A DNA stretch of 39,051 nt from a virus (taxonomy: Duplodnaviria > Caudoviricetes): positions 1-39,051 of IMG/VR virus record IMGVR_UViG_3300022697_000204. The stretch is one strand, 5' to 3'. The position numbers were made by a program, and so were the translations under genes. This document shows, one piece after another, positions 35,842-39,051 of this stretch; positions within the stretch are counted from its first letter, which is position 1; each line of letters opens with the position of its first letter. The notes beneath the pieces were generated by a model. That model saw only the letters and a list, made by a program, of their open reading frames with translations. It made no database searches and was not told the origin of the DNA.

Positions 35842-37497
35842 TTATTTGATTCGTGCATGACGACGCTGCATTGTATGGGGCAATCTCATTCGCTGTAAAG
35901 TAATTAGCTCATGTTTTCCGGATTTAACACTAGATCGGCTTTGCTGTCTACGTCGCCGGGTTGCGTTCTTCTTCGACACAGGGAACGCGAACGTCAACAC
36001 AAAAGCGTCCGCGATGTCCGGACTCATGCCGAGGCTTTGTTTAATTTTCTCTTTTGATTCGAGCTGGATCTTCTGGCTCGATGTCCGACGGATGCCGGGC
36101 ATACACGCGAAATCTTTTTGGATATCGTCCGAATCGGGGATCGACACCTCGCCGTCCTCCCCATGAAACCAATCTCTGGCCATACACCACATCTCGGCCC
36201 GTTTGTTGAGGTATAGCGTGGGCTCTAACGCCTCAGAGCCGAAAAGGACGCCTGTGATGTCCCTGGCGTAGCCAAGCTCTCTGAGGCGATCGTAGACCCC
36301 GTACCCGTGCCCGAGGTCCATAAAAACCATATCCGGTTCCCGATTGTCAATCCGGTCGGCGATCATGCCCGCAATTTGCATCTGAGGCATGTCCTCGTGC
36401 TTGAAGCGGAAAATCTCGGGCTCCAACATCTCACGTCCCCGCCGCCAATTGAAGACGGTGCGATCACGATTGCGTCCGGGATCGACGCCGAGGATCAGCG
36501 GAGCGTAGAGGTCTCGCAGAGTTGACTTACGGGCAAGCATAATCCGATTGGGGTGGATGAGGGGGGCCCCCGAGGTCTGGAACGCCTCCATGATGTGAGC
36601 GGGGTACTCTTGCTTGAACTCCCAAACTGAACTGAATTCAGTGATCTTCGCTCGCCGCCACCACATTTGTTGCGGGGTTAAGTCGTAGAGGCGTTGATAC
36701 TCGATCTCGTTGTCTTGTTGATCCTCAGGGACGTTGGGCATAGAGTCTTTGCCGTCGCTGAGTTGAAGTATGCCGTCGTGCGGTTCCGATAGGGTGTACT
36801 CGTCCTGCCAAAACCAAGGCGTGAAAATAACGATGTAATCGCTCGTCTTGGCTAGAGCCTCCATACACATTTCGTAAAACATGTTGCCCATGCCGTTAGC
36901 CGTCGACTCAAGGACGATTTCGGTGTTGGGGAGGTTCGGAACCGACTGTAGGATTCCTTTTCGGATTCCGGAAGTGTTCTCCCAAAACCCAACTTCCGAC
37001 CCGTGGAAAAGCTGTACGGTTCCGCCTCGACCAACTTCTTTACTTCCGGCGGTGCCAACGCTGTATTCGGAGCCGATGGATTCAAAATGGAACTCCCTTC
37101 GGTTAGCGATTTTGCAGGGGGGCCTCGCTGAGGCGGGCGTATGCTCGTAATACCGATTCACGATGGCGAAGAGCTTTTTCGTTGTCTCAGCTTGGTGAGA
37201 GAGTATGAAAACCGACTGTCCTTTTTTGCGGATCGCTTGATGGTAGAACCGCCCGCCAATGTAAGTCGAGCACCCCTGCTGACGGCCTTTAAGGATCAGG
37301 ACACGGACTTTGCCCGTCGCTCGTTTCTGCGTCTCGATTTCGTTGTGTATGTGCCATTGGGCTCTGTTCAGATTGAACGGGTAGAGCTCGCCGCCCTCTT
37401 TGGTTTTGATCTTGAGCATATGCTTGGCGAAATAGGGGAAGTCCCGATCGAATCGCTGATGCACCGCCATGATCTTTTTGTCGACGATTTGGGTCAT
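35842..37497 (-). CDS. terL: Terminase large subunit
   Basis: ILKGRQQGCST (Walker A), FHGSEVGFW (Walker B), ESTANG, LGVDPGR, NKRAEMW, SPDIADA. Confidence 0.95.
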   Translation of the reverse strand: MTQIVDKKIMAVHQRFDRDFPYFAKHMLKIKTKEGGELYPFNLNRAQWHIHNEIETQKRATGKVRVLILKGRQQGCSTYIGGRFYHQAIRKKGQSVFILSHQAETTKKLFAIVNRYYEHTPASARPPCKIANRREFHFESIGSEYSVGTAGSKEVGRGGTVQLFHGSEVGFWENTSGIRKGILQSVPNLPNTEIVLESTANGMGNMFYEMCMEALAKTSDYIVIFTPWFWQDEYTLSEPHDGILQLSDGKDSMPNVPEDQQDNEIEYQRLYDLTPQQMWWRRAKITEFSSVWEFKQEYPAHIMEAFQTSGAPLIHPNRIMLARKSTLRDLYAPLILGVDPGRNRDRTVFNWRRGREMLEPEIFRFKHEDMPQMQIAGMIADRIDNREPDMVFMDLGHGYGVYDRLRELGYARDITGVLFGSEALEPTLYLNKRAEMWCMARDWFHGEDGEVSIPDSDDIQKDFACMPGIRRTSSQKIQLESKEKIKQSLGMSPDIADAFVLTFAFPVSKKNATRRRRQQSRSSVKSGKHELITLQRMRLPHTMQRRHARIK

Positions 37498-37551
37498 AGT
37501 GGGGCCGCTGGGGTCGAGGCGATGGACTTATGAGCTTCTGCGCTTCTGCGC

Positions 37552-38022
37552 TCAAAGCAAGCCGAGGTCACGCAAGGCATCATCCTCGTCCGCTTCTTCA
37601 TCGAAACCATTCGGTAGCCGCCGTTGCTGTGCGTTTTGAGCATCTTCGATCGCCTGATCCTGAGCGATCGCCCTTTGCCGCATTTGCTCGTTCTCATAAT
37701 CAGCTTCCAAGCATTGCTCCATGAGCTGAATGTACGTTGTGCTCGTGGAATGGCTCTCGACGTACTGTGAGGGCTTTCCACCTAAGCGGTCGAGAATCTC
37801 CTGCGTTGCCTTCTCGCTGCCCATACAGGCCCGTGTGATGAGCTTGGAGATCATTATCTCGCGGAAGCTGGTTGTCTGCTGGGGATTGAGCGTGCGGTCG
37901 AGTAAATACGGCGGGAGTTCGTACTCGTTTACGAGGGCCTGAGAGATCTGTATACGAGCGTCCAAACCCTTCTCAAGAAGGGCCGCTGTCGTTTGTGAGT
38001 GTTGTGATCGGCTTTGTGGCAT
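37552..38022 (-). CDS. Putative terminase small subunit
   Basis: Upstream of terL; A..GS.KA.QEILDRLGGKP motif. Confidence 0.65.
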   Translation of the reverse strand: MPQSRSQHSQTTAALLEKGLDARIQISQALVNEYELPPYLLDRTLNPQQTTSFREIMISKLITRACMGSEKATQEILDRLGGKPSQYVESHSTSTTYIQLMEQCLEADYENEQMRQRAIAQDQAIEDAQNAQQRRLPNGFDEEADEDDALRDLGLL

Positions 38023-38064
38023 GGGTTTGGTGTAGGGGGTATCGCGTGTTGTTGTGGGTGTGTT

Positions 38065-38793
38065 TTACATTTCAAGCAAGTCGTCGAGATCCGCCCCCAC
38101 CCCTGTGGGGTCTCTGAGCAATTCCGTTTCAGCAGTCGGGCGCTGAATGACGAGAGCCGCTGCGGCGTCGAGTTGAGACTTGTACATCTGAGCGACAGCG
38201 AGCTTTTGATTGGCCAAATTCGAATAGTTCGAGAGCACGATGTCGATGTCCTTCAACAAACAAAATTGCATCAGCTCCGCTTCGCCCATGTCCTTGATGG
38301 CCATATCGGTAACCAGATTGATTTGCTTAGGTGTGAGACGAATTCGCTGGGACGTTGTGATCTCCAAAATTCGTATGCCTCGATAATCAGCGTGTCGTTG
38401 ACGGAGGGCCGCAGGGCCGTAATACCGCATAATCAAATGCTGAGCGACCCTGTTGATGTGAGCCTTTCGCTTCAAGGGCTCCGTCGATTCGACCTCAACG
38501 CCATTGGTACGCGTGACCACCTTTTTCCGCCCCTGGACGAACTCCACAATCTCCGGGAAGACCACCTCAATCGGGTCAAAGAACTTAACCGTTCTCTTGC
38601 CGCCCTCAACGCCATGGTACTGCCCGGTGGCCGTAATTTTATAACCAATAGGGGACCGTGGCCGTTGGTCCGCTCGGGGGAGCAAGCCGCTGTCGTCAGG
38701 AAGGACGGCAGGCTCGACCGTGTCGCCGAGTTTTATAGGGTCATCCGGGATAAGTCCTCGGTCGTCTGCTATTTCGGGTTGTGCTTGTCCCAT
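38065..38793 (-). CDS. Hypothetical protein, first gene of the late arm
   Basis: GGAG SD before ATG 38793; 242 aa; ends LDDLLEM. Confidence 0.7.
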   Translation of the reverse strand: MGQAQPEIADDRGLIPDDPIKLGDTVEPAVLPDDSGLLPRADQRPRSPIGYKITATGQYHGVEGGKRTVKFFDPIEVVFPEIVEFVQGRKKVVTRTNGVEVESTEPLKRKAHINRVAQHLIMRYYGPAALRQRHADYRGIRILEITTSQRIRLTPKQINLVTDMAIKDMGEAELMQFCLLKDIDIVLSNYSNLANQKLAVAQMYKSQLDAAAALVIQRPTAETELLRDPTGVGADLDDLLEM

Positions 38794-38836
38794 GTGTGGC
38801 GCTCCGTTGTGTGTCGTGTAAACGTTGACTCCCCAC

Positions 38837-38865
38837 ATTGTTACGGGGCGTTGTGTGAATGTCAA
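38837..38865 (-). promoter_or_regulatory. Putative sigma70-type promoter for the packaging arm
   Basis: Minus strand TTGACA-17 bp-AACAAT. Confidence 0.5.
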
Positions 38866-38960
38866 GAGTGGTAGCTGTTTTCGATGAGTGACTAGGTGCA
38901 TCGTATCCGATCTGAAATTTTTGGGGTGCGATTTTTAGAATATCGCTTTGAGGGCACATT

Positions 38961-39051
38961 GGCACGAAAGCCCAGGGCCTCAAAGGCACGAAAGCCCAGG
39001 GCCTCAAAGGCACGAAAGCCCAGGGCCTCAAAGGCACGAAAGCCCAGGGCC
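38961..39051. repeat. Perfect 24-bp tandem repeat (about 3.8 copies, runs off the window)
   Basis: Unit GGCACGAAAGCCCAGGGCCTCAAA starts at 38961, 38985, 39009 and 39033. Confidence 0.97.

Larger units (their letters stand above)
1..39051. mobile_element. Near-complete podovirus-like phage genome
   Basis: Full packaging, head, tail-tube and ejection gene set plus an APSE-like replication module; no host housekeeping genes. Confidence 0.93.

Noticed and set aside
38014-38874. 286-aa + strand ORF
   Set aside because: It is antisense to the 38065-38793 gene, which has an SD, a promoter and the operon orientation.
38741-39037. ORF with PLRPWAFV repeats
   Set aside because: It is a translation of the 24-bp array and overlaps a promoter and the next gene; there is no independent coding evidence.
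38961-39051. CRISPR array
   Set aside because: Units are head-to-tail identical with no spacers. The only Cas-like gene is the ordinary phage DUF2800 nuclease.
1-39051. Stop-codon reassignment or tRNA genes
   Set aside because: Core genes are full length in the standard code and use TAA, TAG and TGA as stops; no tRNA cloverleaf was noticed.

Overview
The window looks like most of a ~39+ kb short-tailed (podovirus-like) dsDNA phage genome. No integrase, RNA polymerase or recognisable endolysin is present. The + strand (1-14775) carries early accessory genes (two pentapeptide-repeat paralogs, an RlaP/YcgL-family nucleotidyltransferase, small membrane peptides) and an APSE-like replication module (HTH, prim-pol/VirE, SNF2 helicase, DUF2800 nuclease, DUF2815 SSB, PolA, Nmad1-like, Hjc-like nuclease). 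The - strand (38793 down to 14768) carries TerS, TerL, portal, scaffold, capsid, two decoration paralogs, tail tubes A/B, ejection proteins, a short tail fibre and an RcGTA head-spike-base-like protein. The best candidate for a new system is a 3-gene + strand cassette (15218-19033) inserted against the late operon. It encodes two unrelated carbohydrate-active-like proteins (an Asp-box beta-propeller and a GH-A-like barrel) that end in the same Pro/Gly linker plus [IL]GPQ[LI]GPK[LI]G tag, and it sits tail-to-tail with the spike-base gene. This suggests modular C-terminal docking of interchangeable payloads on capsid vertices. Other signals: a shared C-terminal [IL][DE]DLL motif on four unrelated proteins, an AGCACC pre-start motif on early genes, several tandem paralog pairs, two candidate structured RNAs and a terminal 24-bp tandem array. 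All family calls come from motif recognition by eye; no database searches were run.
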